A stretch of DNA of 64,000 nt. Source: Hydrolagus affinis (taxonomy: Eukaryota). The stretch is taken from the NCBI GenBank assembly GCA_012026655.1, contig JAAILG010001325.1, positions 1 through 64,000 of the forward strand, read 5' to 3'. The notes under the pieces are model-generated. The model saw only the letters and a program-made list of their open reading frames with translations, did no database searches and was not told the DNA's origin. Position numbers and translations under genes: made by a program. This document shows, in pieces, positions 35,710-49,455 of this stretch (its first letter is position 1; each line of letters starts with the position of its first letter).

Positions 35710-38700
35710 GCGTTTCAAGATCCCAAGTGTTATTTAAGATGAATAATGCAGGGTTCAACATGGAGGCAGGAAAATAAAAACCCTTATTCCACACAATTTT
35801 CTTATTCCAAGAGATATTCATAAACTCCCCCCACCCCACACCACCAGCACAGAATAATCCTAGAATAATAATCTCAGAAATTAAAATCAGCAGCGCTGAA
35901 AACTGACTAATTCCATGTTTCACTTCAATTTTAGTTGGCTTGAGAAAATAAATCTTAACATGTGTGAAGAGACTTTGGAAGCCTGCTCTGTTTTTGAATG
36001 CTACCGACTTTAATTCTGAATCTATTATTATTGCAGTTTGGAAATCCTATCTCGAAATCGGATTCTCTTAATTACACAGCATTATTTCTGGATGTGAATC
36101 TGTCAATGGATTTTTCCACTGGACTGCGGGACAGTATTTCAAAGCCCAGAGTCTATACCATGTATGATAACTTTACATAACAAGCATTTCTGTATTAACT
36201 ACATCTCGGCATTAAGCCTTGGTATTATAACTTGCCACCTACAAGTGGATGCTGGAATTAGACAACTATTACAAAATATATCGGTACTTTGAAGAGAGAT
36301 TTTATTGAAAGTTGCTGTGATTCAAACCAATTAAATCTGAAGTTGCTTGAGCTTAGCTTTAATTATTTTACTGACTGGATGTGGGCTTGCGTTTCAGTGG
36401 AGGACAATTAAATCATTTGCTTTGAGTCCTTCTGCCAAAAAGAAAATCAATAACACATGCAGGAGGGGTGAGAGGGAAGGGGAGGGAGGGGGGTGGGGGC
36501 TAAAATGTTACGTCTTGTGCCAAAATTGGAGCAGTAAGGAGACAAGAAGTCTCATAAAAATTGGCATTTTGTATAATTTTTGCAGATAACTATTATAGTA
36601 TTTGCAAGGTCGGTTTGTCTGGATTTTATTTCCTGAACAACGTGGTTTTTTAATACCTTATTTTCCTTTAATTTTACCTTAGGGAATTCCACATCAGAAA
36701 GGAACTTGGCAGTCCTCAATATCGGTGGAGACACTTGGATGCGAAACCGCCTTCAGCAGATGCTTATGATCAAAGTCCCAACGCTCTCGACAAAGGAATC
36801 TCTCAACTCCTCTTGGTCCCTTTATAATAACCCTCGCATTTGATATAGTGCCCTATCATGTCGTTGAGCCCTCTCAAAGCATTTCACGGAATATACTCTA
36901 AAGTGTGGTGACTGTGTGTGGTTTTGTGAACAGAACTACCTACCTGGAACTCAAACTAAAACTTCAGGAGACCTCACCTACTCCAGAGTTCTGTTAAAAT
37001 ATCCTTGTCATTGGCTGAAAGGTTTCAATGCTCTTGCCTCACGCTGGGAAACTCTTCAAGACCAGTCCGATAAACGCTCTCTGCTTTTAATTGCTCCGAA
37101 TGAGAGTAGGATGCAAGTGTGCGGAGAGCGACTGGATTAGCAACCGGTATCTCCAACTCATCTCAAGCACCAGGTTCTCATTTGGAAAGGAAGACTGTAT
37201 AGGACCCACTGGGCCTCTTTACAGTGAAATCTATTGATTGTCAGTGACAGGAGGTTATGTAATATCTACTCAACCAGGGACGCTGTCTCTGAAAAACACA
37301 TCAACACATCACAGAGATTTTGGCTAATTGCTCGCAGACACAACTCTGGCCTTCTCTTTGGTTTAACGAACCGACTGCTACTAATCCAAGAAGACATCAG
37401 CGAGGCAGAAGAACTCCACTGAACGGAGGCACCTTGTCTGAAACGCTCTTTTGTGAAGAGAGAGGATTTGTCCCTCGTCAGTTCGTGCTCACCATTCCCC
37501 AACCTCGCCATTGACAAGATGGCCTGGCTGTTCCACGACGGTAGACACGCAACGCGAGGTGAGGTTTGGTTCGATTCCCTCTGGACCCAACACACACATC
37601 CCACTTTACATTTACATTGCATGTGCATCAAGCTGACAAGTACCAGGGAGGAAAAGTCCACTTCCTACCCGTTGATTATTTTAAAAGGGAATTACATAAT
37701 AACAATGATCATAATAATAATAATCCTTGCGTTCGATATAACTGCCTCATCACGTCGTCAAGACCTCTCAACAGCTCAACGCCGTGTTAAGATGCTATAT
37801 CGTTGCTGATATGTGCCTCAGCTTCTCGCAAAGTTAATGGGAACAAAAGTGACCGACCAGTTATCACGAGGCGCAGTTATTTCCAAGAGCATTGCTACCT
37901 CACCTGTGTGCAATGGTTTTGTGTCCCAACAACCTTCCCTCCCCCCAGAAACACCTGCAGACGGCAGCACCTGTAGCTCTGTGGGATCAATCTGTCAGCA
38001 TTGGCAAAGTGAAGGGAACCGTAACGAATGCTAATTGCAGAGTTTGTAACTACAGGATATGTTGTTGACTGTGCTGGTTAAGTACTGAAGTACTCACAGA
38101 CAGATGGCACCGCACTTAGAATATCTTACCGTCGAAGGGTCCCCCCAAATTTTACCTGATCTCAGCCTGTAAAGACCACATAAGATCGTGGAGAATTAGA
38201 GAACGAAAAATACTTCAATTCAGTTTTAATTTGGAAGCTGATTTACTTTAAGATCTGTTTGGCACTATTATTAATAATAATAATAATGATACCACTTGCA
38301 TTTGATATCGTGCCTTGTCATGTTGTTGAGACATCTCAAAGCACTTCACCAAATATATTATAAAGTGAATCATCGACTGTACATCTTGTGGACAAAAACT
38401 AACTTTCATATCAGGACAGAATGTCGGAATTTTCCACGGTTCAGCCCAGTGCCTTGGGACATCTAGCTATCGCAAGATGCGGCTATTTCTATAAACCAAT
38501 TATCACCAGGTCCCAACCAACAACAATAACAACAACAACAAAATTACTCTTGCATAGCGCCTTTCACATCGGGAGGACATCCCAAGGCACACGCCGGACA
38601 GTCAATGCTTCAGAGGCAAGCTGGGGTCGGGAACGGGGAGGGTGGAGGGAAAGGATTTGGGGACCGTGTAACTGTCCAGCATCTTGGGACGTGCCCTTCT

Positions 38701-40575
38701 GACGTGAAACTCGCTACGTTAATGTAATATGTTGTTGTTCTCCACCCGGGGGTGGAAGGCGCTCTAAAAACGCAATTTATTTTACAAAGGCTGAAACGGA
38801 AACTTCGGGTATCGGGTGAGGTTCGGGACAGGGAGCGAGAACAACTGGCTCTTTGTTATTTATTATCACCTTGTCCATCTGGTTAGACCACTGCATGTGA
38901 TTGAAGGCTTCACAGAGTGAGTGTTTAGCATGCGTCGGTCACCGGCTGTGGTTCCATTAAAAGCCACAAAGCAATATCATCGCAGACTTAAAGGAAACGT
39001 GACAAGCAATATCGAGGAACATTTCTCCCACATTTTCTGTGTTTCCGGGCTTCACAAACTCTGTAAATCCGCTGCGAATGATCTAGCTTTTGTTTTACCA
39101 AATGTGCCTCTCCCCTTTTCAAACGCTTCCCGTGCATATTCGAATCAGCACAAGCAATAAATCACTCCGCACAGAGATTCCAAAGCCCGTACTTCACTCG
39201 AGCACTCCGCGCTTCAATCTCACTCGCCGTATTCATTTGCTAACATTCCTAATATTCGCCTACAAATACACACAGTCACTACACTTGGCAGTGAAACCTT
39301 TCTGAAATGCCTCGAGACATTTCAGCTTGATAAGGCGCTGCATCAAATGCAAGGATTATTATTGCTTGAATCCGCTACTCCGTGCTTTCTCTCCAAAGTT
39401 CTTTCAACCGCGTCAGTACTCTTGCTTTGCGCAAGTTGACCGTTTCACCTTGGGGAGAGAAAAAAAAACAGCTCATTCGAAAAGGAGTTGGGTGAAAAAT
39501 TCTGTGTGTCTATGTATATATGTGTGTCGTAGCGTAACGCATGCAAATTTTAAAACCCGCTGAAGAGCCTGGCACACAGGCATTTAGAAACCAGTCTATA
39601 ACCAGTCTTAATTTGAAAGGAAGCATTCCACTTACGTGATGGTTTTTACGCGCTAGGTTTTTCAGTATTTGCTCATCTGCACGGACGAAATGACTAAATT
39701 AAACGAAAAGTGTTTATTCGGAGCTTTGACAGAGAGCGTTGTTCTGATCAACGTGTTTGCTTACACGAATACTCGGTGCGTTTTCGTATTTGAGCGCTGT
39801 TTAAATATTTGAAATTTCATTACGCTTGCAGCTGCAATGTTTTCCCTCTCTGATTGTGGTTCCTATAGCAGCTGTTCAACAAGGCTTATGCATTGCCTCA
39901 CTCTGCCAGGCATGAGGAGACAGGTGAGGGAACATTTGCTAAGTCAATTGAAATATACAGGTATCACACCTGGCTGAAACTTCTGCTTTTATCACCAACC
40001 AGCACCAATCTCTCACAGGCTAACCTACACCCTTTGACATATTAACCCGAGGTCCTTTTCTGCTTGTTTAAGTAGACTTTAAAGAACATCATATTATTGG
40101 AAAAGAAACTGCAGTTTTTTTTCTACCAGTGTCCTGGCCAACAAACCTACTGCTAAATTTGGCATTAACTTCACTTGGGACTTTGGTGTAGGCAAATTGA
40201 CTGCCAAAAGTGCTTAGCAATGTGTTTGCTACTGCATTTAAAGCATCTTTGAAGAGCTTTGAGATGTTTCAATGTTATAGCACTGTGCTAAATGCAAGGA
40301 TTATTATTAATATTCTCTGCAACCAATCATTTTCTTTCATCTCAATCTCGAAAACCTTATCATGTCTAAATATCACAAAAGTACTTCACAGACAATGACT
40401 GGGTTTGAGGGCAAGGCGTGGTAGCTATTCGCACCAGCAAGATTTCACACACAGCTGCGAGAGTGAGAGCAGAGAACCTAGCCTCCATTACACTAAATGA
40501 GTTTGATCAATTTCCATGAGGTTACTCATGGAGATCCACTGATCTAATGACTGGGCATTGTATTCATATGCGGCT

Positions 40576-40885
40576 CATAGGAACAGAAGTAGTCCATTCA
40601 GCCCCTCAAGCCTGTTCTGTCATTCTATAAGATCACAGCTAATGTGCACCTCAACTCTGACTACATGCCCTTGCCCCATATCCCTTCCTATCCCTTCCAT
40701 ACATATATACCCACCTCAGTCTTGAAAATTTGAATGGATCCAGCATTCACAACCTTTGGGAGAGAGCTTCAGATTCCCACTACTGTTTGGGTGAAATAAT
40801 TCCTCCTGATTTCACTCCCAACCCAAATGGCTTTGTTCTAATTTTTAAGATGTGGCCCCCTTGTTCTGGATTCCCCACCAGAGGA
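40576..40885 (-). mobile_element. CR1 3' end
   Basis: cataggaacagaagtagtccattcagcccctcaagcctgttc...cacctcagtcttgaaaat...cacaacctttgggagagagcttcagattcc...gatgtggccccttgttctggattcccc. Confidence 0.8.
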
Positions 40886-41694
40886 CTCTTTAGTCTAATT
40901 TCTCTGCATCTGGGCTGCAGAGATGAAAGGAGTGAATCTAAACTACCCAGACGAGCAAAATAGTTGAGCCTTGAATAATTTGAGGAACTTGTCCCATGTG
41001 ATCACAGATGAAACAAACAAAGTGTCCACTTGGTTGACTCAAAGTTGATTAATTAATTTAGGAATTCAGTTTAGAAAATCTCCCCCCCTCCCCACCCACC
41101 ACCCCCCTACCCTCCCCCCCCCCCACACACACACACAAATCCCACAGCTGTGAATCAGCAGGGCGGGGATCTGTGAGCAAAGGACAATGCCATTAAATAG
41201 TCAACCAGTTGGAATTTGATGAACTGCCAAGAGATTGGACTGTAAATGAGTTGTCTTTGACCGAGATCACTCTTTGCAGTGAAACTCAGCATTTTAAATC
41301 TATCCTTCAGTGTGGAATGTTCATGATAAATCCCAGACAGCTGCGATGAAAGTTTTTCCTCTGTGTATCTTTGATTAATTACGACAGACATTATTATAAA
41401 TCGGTAACTTTATGTCGTTTCTGGAGGTGAATTTCGATAGAAATCTATCTATACTTTGTGTGGAAGCCAACACTTGTCAGTAGATGAAAATTTCCTCCCT
41501 TTGATGCCCGTAGAATGTCCTAAAATAAAACTGTGATGAGACTGTCTCGGTGAAGATGAGTTCAGGGCTTGTCTTAAGTCCAGGGCTAATTTCGGCAATT
41601 GCTTCCAAATGGTTGGTTACAGTACCGAACTTACTACTTCCTTAAGTAGTTTTACTTACTACTTAAGGAAAGAAAAGTGACGCACTTTAGTCCA

Positions 41695-41852
41695 CTCCAT
41701 GTCCCCCGCTCTGCCCGTCTCAACCAATCCCACCATCGGCGGTCGGGCTTTCAGCCTCTCAGCCTCCACCCTTTGGAATTTCATCCCACAGTTCCTTAGC
41801 CTCTCTCCTTCCCTTGTCCTATTCCGTGCCCATCTCAAGAGCCTCCTCTTCA
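41695..41852 (+). mobile_element. L2 ORF2 C-terminal remnant
   Basis: Translates as PTIGGRAFSLSASTLWNFIPQFLSLSPSLVLFRAHLKSLLF. Confidence 0.85.
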
Positions 41853-42479
41853 GTAACAAACACAAAGACATTGATTGTAGCTGTCATAATTGAGCCATTG
41901 TTTTTTGACTTGAACTACAAAGACTAAATAGCCAGGAATCTATTCAAGGCATTGCGGCCAAAATGTAGCCGCCATACAATGGTTTGTCCGTATGATATAC
42001 AGTCAATTCACTTTACAGCTTGCAATTGTATAGCGCCCTCCACACAAGGTAGCGTCTCAGGGCGCTTAACAGCGGCAGAGCTTGACTTTGAGGTGGGGTG
42101 GGAGGGGGGCGGTGGAAATATATTTATAGTATATCCTGTGAAGCGCTTTGAGACGTGTGAACCATGTGATAATGTGCTATGTCAAATGCAATGCTTATTA
42201 TTAATACATTATTATTAATCATCACACCTGGTATGATCTAGTGAGTACTCATGCTGCAGAGATCACAAACACTTCTTGGTATTCTAGCAAGGTGTGGTTT
42301 TCTGCAACACACACAAAGAATTGACTCACCCTTGAAACATGCTTGGAATCAATACACACCTTGGCTGCTTCTTCTTGTTTGGCACCCCTGGTACTGTAAG
42401 CATTTTGGTGTCTAGAAATTAAATGTTCTCTTCAAGAAGTTAGAGACGTCATTGGCAAATAGGTGGCTGGCGTTTGATG

Positions 42480-42770
42480 CAGCGCACATCGCTTCGTCGA
42501 GATGTCTCAAAGCGCTTTGCAGGAGAAAGAAACCCTCCTTCTCTTTTCGAATGGTGCCGTGGGATCTTTAACGTCCACCTGAACAGGCAAACAGGCACCT
42601 CGATTTTCATGGCTCATCTTAAGGATGGCGCTTCCGACAGTGCAACACACCCCAGCACAGCATTGGAGTGTCCGCTTAGACCGTGTGATTCCAATTCCCA
42701 ACGTGTGGTCTTGAACACACAACGTTCGGACTCAGAGGCAAGGGTATGACTACTGCAACAGGCTGACACA
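42480..42770 (-). mobile_element. Old Deu-type SINE, internally deleted
   Basis: ttcgaatggtgccgtgggatctttaacgtccacctgaacaggc...gatggcgcttccgacagtgcaacac...ggactcagaggcaag. It resembles shark Deu-domain SINEs such as SacSINE1 (recalled, not aligned). Confidence 0.75.
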
Positions 42771-43874
42771 CGCTTGACATTTATCTACAAACAATAATTG
42801 GCAATGGAACGAAGGACGGAAACCGAATAGTAATGATTTAGATGGATTCCTGCCCTAGGACAGGTTTCTAAGCTTCCATAGCAGCCTCTATTAGATGAAT
42901 TGTACATCATGGTTTGGGTTCAACTCAGTCTAAGATCTGCCAAATTCCAGAAACCCTTTTCTTTTGACTAATCTAAGTTAACCGGAGTACATCTATGTAG
43001 AAATAGCACAATAAGACAAGGGCCATTACATTAATATTGATGGCCAAATCACAAAATAAATTAGCCAGTAACAGGCAGTACTGAATCTATAGCTGTATCG
43101 ATTGCAACATCTTAAAAAGCCTTTTCAGCGTTTTCAGGCACTAGGACACATTCAGAGTTAGGAAAAACGAATTTCACTAATTTATTCAGCTTCTGAAAAG
43201 AATGCTTTGACGATCTTTTCAAAGAAACATTTGCGAAACAGCAGCACTTCATAGATTAACTATCCGTCCTCGCTTTTTTTATGTTGCATTAGGGGAAGGC
43301 TATTGCCATAATCGCGGGAGCCAAAGAGGTAAAAGGGAGCATTGGAAAACAAATGCATAAATTCTCCTTAAATTCATCTTTGATGCAAATCCATAGCTAT
43401 AATATCATAGAAATTTACAACGCAGAAACAAACAATTCAGTCCGACTTTACTGGTGCTTTCCCTCACAAAAGCTTGATTTGGATACACTTAAGTACGGTG
43501 ATGGGTTTCCGCATATTTCACCTGGTTTACTCCCCCCACCTCCCCCAAAAAAATCCACATGAACTAGCTGGCCAACAAACCTATTCATTAAATAATTAAG
43601 TGCTCTGAGACTGTTTCCTGTGTGAAGGATACTATATAAATGCAAGTTGTTGGTGGTGTTAATTAACTACCAAATAATTTACCCAAAAAAATCCATTGGA
43701 ATTCCACTTTACAATATATTTTGTGAAGCTCTTTGACGATTTCTTCAGGGATGTTATAAGGTGCTGCATTAAATGCAAGGATTATTAGTAGTAATAGCAT
43801 TAGTATTATTATTGACTTCATAGCTATTGGGGGAACTTTGCTGGGTGCAAAGAGATTGTTACATATCAGGCACT

Positions 43875-44185
43875 GGCAGCATCAACATTCATGGTTGCTC
43901 ACTCAACCTCACCAAGCCAGTTAGGAACCGAGGTGTCATGTTCGATCCTCAACTGTCTTTCCTGCCTCACATCCAAGCAATGACCCACCTCGCCCTCACC
44001 CTGGCCTCCTTCAAGTCCCGCCTCAAGACCTTCCTCTTCGACTGTCCCATCAGTCCCCCCAAATCTCCCCCTTTCCCTCCACCCTCCCCGACCCAGTTCG
44101 GGTCTGAAACAATGACTGTCCAGTGCCTTGGGACGTCCTCCTGACGTGAAAAGCACTTGACGAGTGTAATTTTGTTGTTGTTGTT
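43875..44185 (+). mobile_element. Internally deleted L2 3' portion
   Basis: INIHGCSLNLTKPVRNRGVMFDPQLSFLPHIQ is joined directly to LTLASFKSRLKTFLFD, followed by the 3'UTR and (TTG)n tail. Confidence 0.88.
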
Positions 44186-46143
44186 ACCATTTCCAGAGAG
44201 ATAAAATGAGGAAGAATAGGCCTCGTGCGCAGATTCTAGCTGCAGAGTGTGGGGAGCGGTGAGAAGAGGTGGGGGGTGGGGACTTGGTCGTGGCGTTTAG
44301 CTGTTGTGAAACATGCTAAAAGCGGGCGGCTGAGTTTTAAAAGTATGAGTTGGATCGATGAGTCGAATAAATAAATAGTGCTTGTCCCCGTAATGTGCAC
44401 TGCTGTACTTAGAAAGATAAGTGATTTTTTTTTCATTGTTCAATAATGAATATAATAGTCAATTTAGGCAGCGTGGAGCTGGGCTGGGCTGCCATCAACA
44501 AGCCCATTAGAAACACGCTCCTATTTAGTAGTTTTTTTTTTCTCCTGCCCCAATGCCAGAGACCCGCTGATTGATTAGGCACTGCCTCTGCAATCAGATA
44601 CACTTTATAGATTAATCGATGGAAGGAAGGGCTCACACTGAAATCATCTCAGCATATTGAGCAGCTGGATTTATACTGGAACTACCCATATGCTGGGGTT
44701 TAGGTAACTTCTGTGTGAAAAAGGCCTGATATACATGTAGCGGGTGAGGGGGGGGGGGCAGGGGGGCCAGGTGGGGGGTGGGGAGTGGTCAGCAATTATT
44801 CCACTAGGATCGCTGTTTTAGTATTGTTCCATAATTTACATACTCATTTTTACTCTCTGTGCGTTTATCAAGGTCAAGAAATGAGCCAATTGGTCTAGTG
44901 CTTGGAATTTCTTATGGTTTTAGCTGATGTTATTTCATTCCTAAATATTTCTCTGAAGTCCTCATTCAGCTTGTCATCTACTGTCCTTCACAGCTGTTTG
45001 TGGGACGTTGCCTTGTGCAAACTGGCTGGCGACCACGTCTACGAAGACTGTGACATGGCAACTACACTTCACAATGAATCCCGTGAAGAGCTTTGAGACG
45101 TCTCGACGACGTGATGAGGGCTGATGCTGGCATCTGTGAGTTGCTGTTGACCCCGAGGATAATCTGCTGCCAAACTATTCGATCCTCCGTTACAATGTTA
45201 ATTTACCTGGAAACTGTGCACAAAGGTCAGTGGATCAGCCTCTCGGGCAAACATACAAACCAAGTGCGGGTAATAGACTGGGAGGGGAGGATGGAGGGGT
45301 GGCTGAAAGGTTTTCCAACTCAAAGGTGTTTCAGTTCCAATCAGCATTTCAAGGACTATGTGTGGACCCTGAGCTACGTTTCTCAGGGAATTCTCTGCCC
45401 AGTGATTCCAAGCTCAAAAAGGTGCTCTGTGGTGTTATAAAAAGAATGCATTAATAGTTTATGAGCTACTCCTGGTTTGGCTGATGACTAGAAGTCACTG
45501 AATTTTAAGGCTGGCATTGATATTCCCTTGTATGGGTATTATGCATAAGCAATGACTGTCTCACAAATATTTAATGAGCGTAAAAATTGGCTTGGCGCAT
45601 CACCTCGCCAGCCAACATTATTAGGTCTCACCCCTCAACCCTTCAAGTCTTAATCCTCACCCATCCATCCTTGTCTTTTATTCTCCACCCCTTACCAAGG
45701 GAACCAACCATTCACCAACCACTGGAGCAAACTGTCACCAATTCTAGAACTGCGATGGGAATAGCGAGTCAGTCACCTGCTGATTTTAGTTCGGAGCCAA
45801 TTTCTTGAAGAACAATGAAGAATTCATGAATCTTTACGAACGGCTTCTTATTAATCAGCCACAAGCTTGGTATCTTTCCGAAATACCCATTAGTGTTCAA
45901 CAATATCATTCAGGTCATGGAGAGTCAGGCAATTAATAATGGAAAGAAGACTGAGTTAGGGAGAGGGCACCAATTCTTAACTCAGCTAACAACCAGTGAC
46001 ACCTTTCCGCCAAGTAACTCTGGGCTCACGTGGATTAGGAACTATCCGTAAGAGTCATGGTTTGCGGTGAATGTTCCTTTTTCGTCTTCTGCTCAATCAA
46101 GATCCAGCAAATAAAACACAAGCTTAGGGAAATTCACAATCAG

Positions 46144-46312
46144 TTAATAATAATAATCCTTGTGTTTGATATAGCACTTTTCAAGTCTTCTGGACGTCTC
46201 GAAACGCTTCACGCTATGTGAAGTGAATTGACTGCACATTTGTGGCCGAAATGCGGTAGCTAATTGCACACAGCAGTGTCCCACCAACATTGGTGGATTG
46301 AAATGACCAATT
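46144..46312 (-). mobile_element. SINE 3' part
   Basis: Reverse complement of the tail and body. Confidence 0.85.
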
Positions 46313-49109
46313 GTTGGTCGAGTGCTCGTCTTGTAAAATGCGCTTGCATGAACCAAGCCTGGAGAGATTTAGTGCTGTGTTAACCTTACCGTTCCTCCCC
46401 CGCCCCATTCCGTCCCGTCAGTTACAACCACGTTTCTCTGGGGAGACGGTGGAAGCAGATTGTTTCAAGAGCAAATTGAGAGAGATTTCGTTTTTGGAAA
46501 TAATATGGAGGGGATGCATTTTGGGACATCACATGCGAATCTTTCATTTGCTCCACCGCTTTGGGACGTCTTCCTGACGTGAAAGGCGCTAAACAATTGT
46601 AATTTTGTTGTTGTTGTTGTTGTTGTTCTTGCAAGCGACTGCCATGAATGGTGGAAGGCAAACTAGATGGAACTCGGTTTTCTCTCGTCTAGCAATACCT
46701 CCGTTCTACCATATATCAACAGCGACGACAACAACAGCAACATGTTCTGCCACCAGAGCTAACCAATCCAGTAAATTACCCTCGGTTTGAACCCACACAC
46801 ATACACACACGTATTTCAATGAAATAAATGAGTTTGCTTATTTACTCAAGCAAAACACATTCCAAAATGGGCTTTCTCAAATCGGTACCACATATATAGC
46901 GGAACCGAACATCCTGACAACTTTGACTGTGTTTTCATTAATATGCCTGGGAGCAATTTTCTGAACGAAATCAACTCACAGCATTTTCACCATAAACTGC
47001 TCGGAGGCACATTTGGAGACTGAGAGCTGGATTAAGGATTCACATCAGATTGATTTAAGATTCTCAATGGGAACCAATTTTCACCTCTTAGCTCGATACC
47101 AAGTCAGAACCAAGCGCAATATGTAAAAGATATCCATAAACCTTTCTTGTCGTAACATCATTAGAGCAACAAAATTACTTGTCGACGCAGCAAGCTTTGC
47201 AAAAACTGCGCCGGCTCCTTGTGTGTAGCGTTCCAGAGGAAAGGAGTTTCTTCGCTGCGAGACTAGAACATTTTGACGGAATTATTTAAAAATAAAAATC
47301 AGCATGCATAAATAATGCCTCGAGCTTCAGCCGGTGTGTTAAAAAGCATCAATTACATTGGAGTCGTGGGCAGTCGACCTATTTGGTCATGTTAAAAAAG
47401 GAATGAAGGATGGAGCAATTGTGAGACTAGCCTTTCGCTTGTTGGGTGCGGGTGGGGGGGGCGGCCTGGATTTGAATCCAGACCAAGCCAGGCCAAGGGA
47501 AGCAGCGGAGTGGGGGGGGGGGGTGATGGGGTGAGGGCATACTAGGGCACAACTGCGCTAAATTTGACCATGAGACAGTTGATGTGGGAAGTCAAAATGT
47601 AGGGTGAGCTAGTTCTCCAGGGATTGGCAGTGAATCTTTTGGGTCAATGTAGAGGGTGGGGAGCCTTGCTCTGTATCTGACCCGGGCTGTAACGAACCTG
47701 ACTGTCCTGTATGGGACTGCACAGAGGGACAGCTTTTCTCTATATCAAACGGTGTCTTAACTGGCCAGGGAATGCCAATTGCTGGAACCTGGGTGCCTGC
47801 ATCCAGTTTTCAGCGCTTTGGGACGTCCTCCTGAAAAAGTAATAATCTTTGCATATGATACAGCTCCTTATCACACATTCAAGTCGCCTCAAAGCACTTC
47901 GCAGAATACACTGTAAAGTGAATCGACTGTATATTTTTGCGGGCCAAACATTGATGTAGCAGTCTGCCAACAGCAGACTATTAATGAATCCTGAAGCAAT
48001 AACCTACAGAAATGACATGAAATGTAAAACCAGTGGTGAATATGACACACCCTTGTTTTGTGAAGGAAAGGTTCATTCCCCTGGGCACTTTCAACACAGG
48101 AAGCAGTGCTAGCATCCTCTAGTGGACTACAAGGGAAATTCCCCTTTTTATATTGGTGCCACTTTTTGTCCAGGCTTGAGGCAGCCCCACAACAGAGACT
48201 TGTCAACAAGAGTAGAGAGCTCAGTAAACAGGCGAGCGATAGTTAAGACACATTAAACCTTGGCTTCGGGTCTCAGATTTGGTGCCAGTACGCCCCATGG
48301 TCCTGCCTTGCCAGTCCCAGATGTGGTGGCCTCTCTCAGTTGCCAACCAGATGTTGGGTTTGATCCTCTGCCAGCGAAGGATTTTCTTGGCAAGTTGAAA
48401 AGAAAACTTCAAATGAGATTTATTATTTTTATTGGAGGGAGGAGGAGGGGTGGGGGGGAGGGGGGAGGGAGGAGGAGGGGAGACGGGGTAAGGGGGAGAG
48501 AAACAAAGTTCAAGTGAGACAGGAAATTGGAGTCTGTGTAGGAAATTCTAGCTTCCTGCAATAACCTTTATTTTCCCAATCCACAACAGTTGTTTAGGTA
48601 TAATGTGAACAAGCAAAGAAACTTGAGAGTCAAGAATGTTAATCTGTATAATCTTCTGCGTGGAGTCCTGCTTCCTGCAGCCCAGTGCCTTGCAATTCTC
48701 TGCATGCCCACAACAACCCCTGGGACATCAGAATTAAAACATGGCTTTTCTTTTATTTGTTTTGTTGCTTTCTGGCTAGAAGCAGCTGGCGTCAACAAAT
48801 TGCAGGTGATATAGCGCCCTTCACACGGAATAGGGCCCCGCAACGCCTCACCAAATCGCAGAATTTCACAGTACAGAAGTTGAGGCCATTCGGCCCATCT
48901 GCGTCTGTGCCGGCTCCCTGAAAGAGCATCCGTTTGACCATTGAGGTTCTGCCAACAAGATATTTTTCCAAGGTTCCCTACTCCTCTAACCCATTGGTGT
49001 GGCATCCGTTTGCAATCAACCGCCCCATCCACCCCCACCCCCACCCCACCATTCCCACCCTTGCCGTCTTCAATTGATGCCCCCATCTGAGGCTTTTTTT
49101 TACACAAGT

Positions 49110-49455
49110 CAAAACATTTCAAAATGCTTTACAGTAATTGCTGTGGCCGCCATATTGCTTACAAAACAAAGTCCTACACACAGCTGTGAAACAAATGATC
49201 AATTAGTCGGCTGTCTTGTTGCTCGCAGAAACTCTCTTCTCTCGCGTAACAGGATCATTAATTCCCATCTGATGAACAGGGAAGCAAGACCTGAGTTTAA
49301 CATCTCATCCGAACGGTGCCAATTCCAACAACGAGCCACTCGCCCAAAGCTGCACTGAAACGCCAGCCTGGACCGTGAACTCACAAACTGACTTGGGTCT
49401 GCGACATCCTTCTCTCCCAGAGGCGCTTACTAAACCGATCGAGCCTCGCTGACAC
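49110..49455 (-). mobile_element. Old Deu-type SINE
   Basis: gtttaacatctcatccgaacggtgcc...gctgcactgaaacgccagcctgga...cccagaggcg...gctgacac. Confidence 0.6.

Noticed and set aside
48568-49122. 184-aa minus-strand ORF
   Set aside because: It crosses L2 and CR1 tail fragments and G-rich runs.
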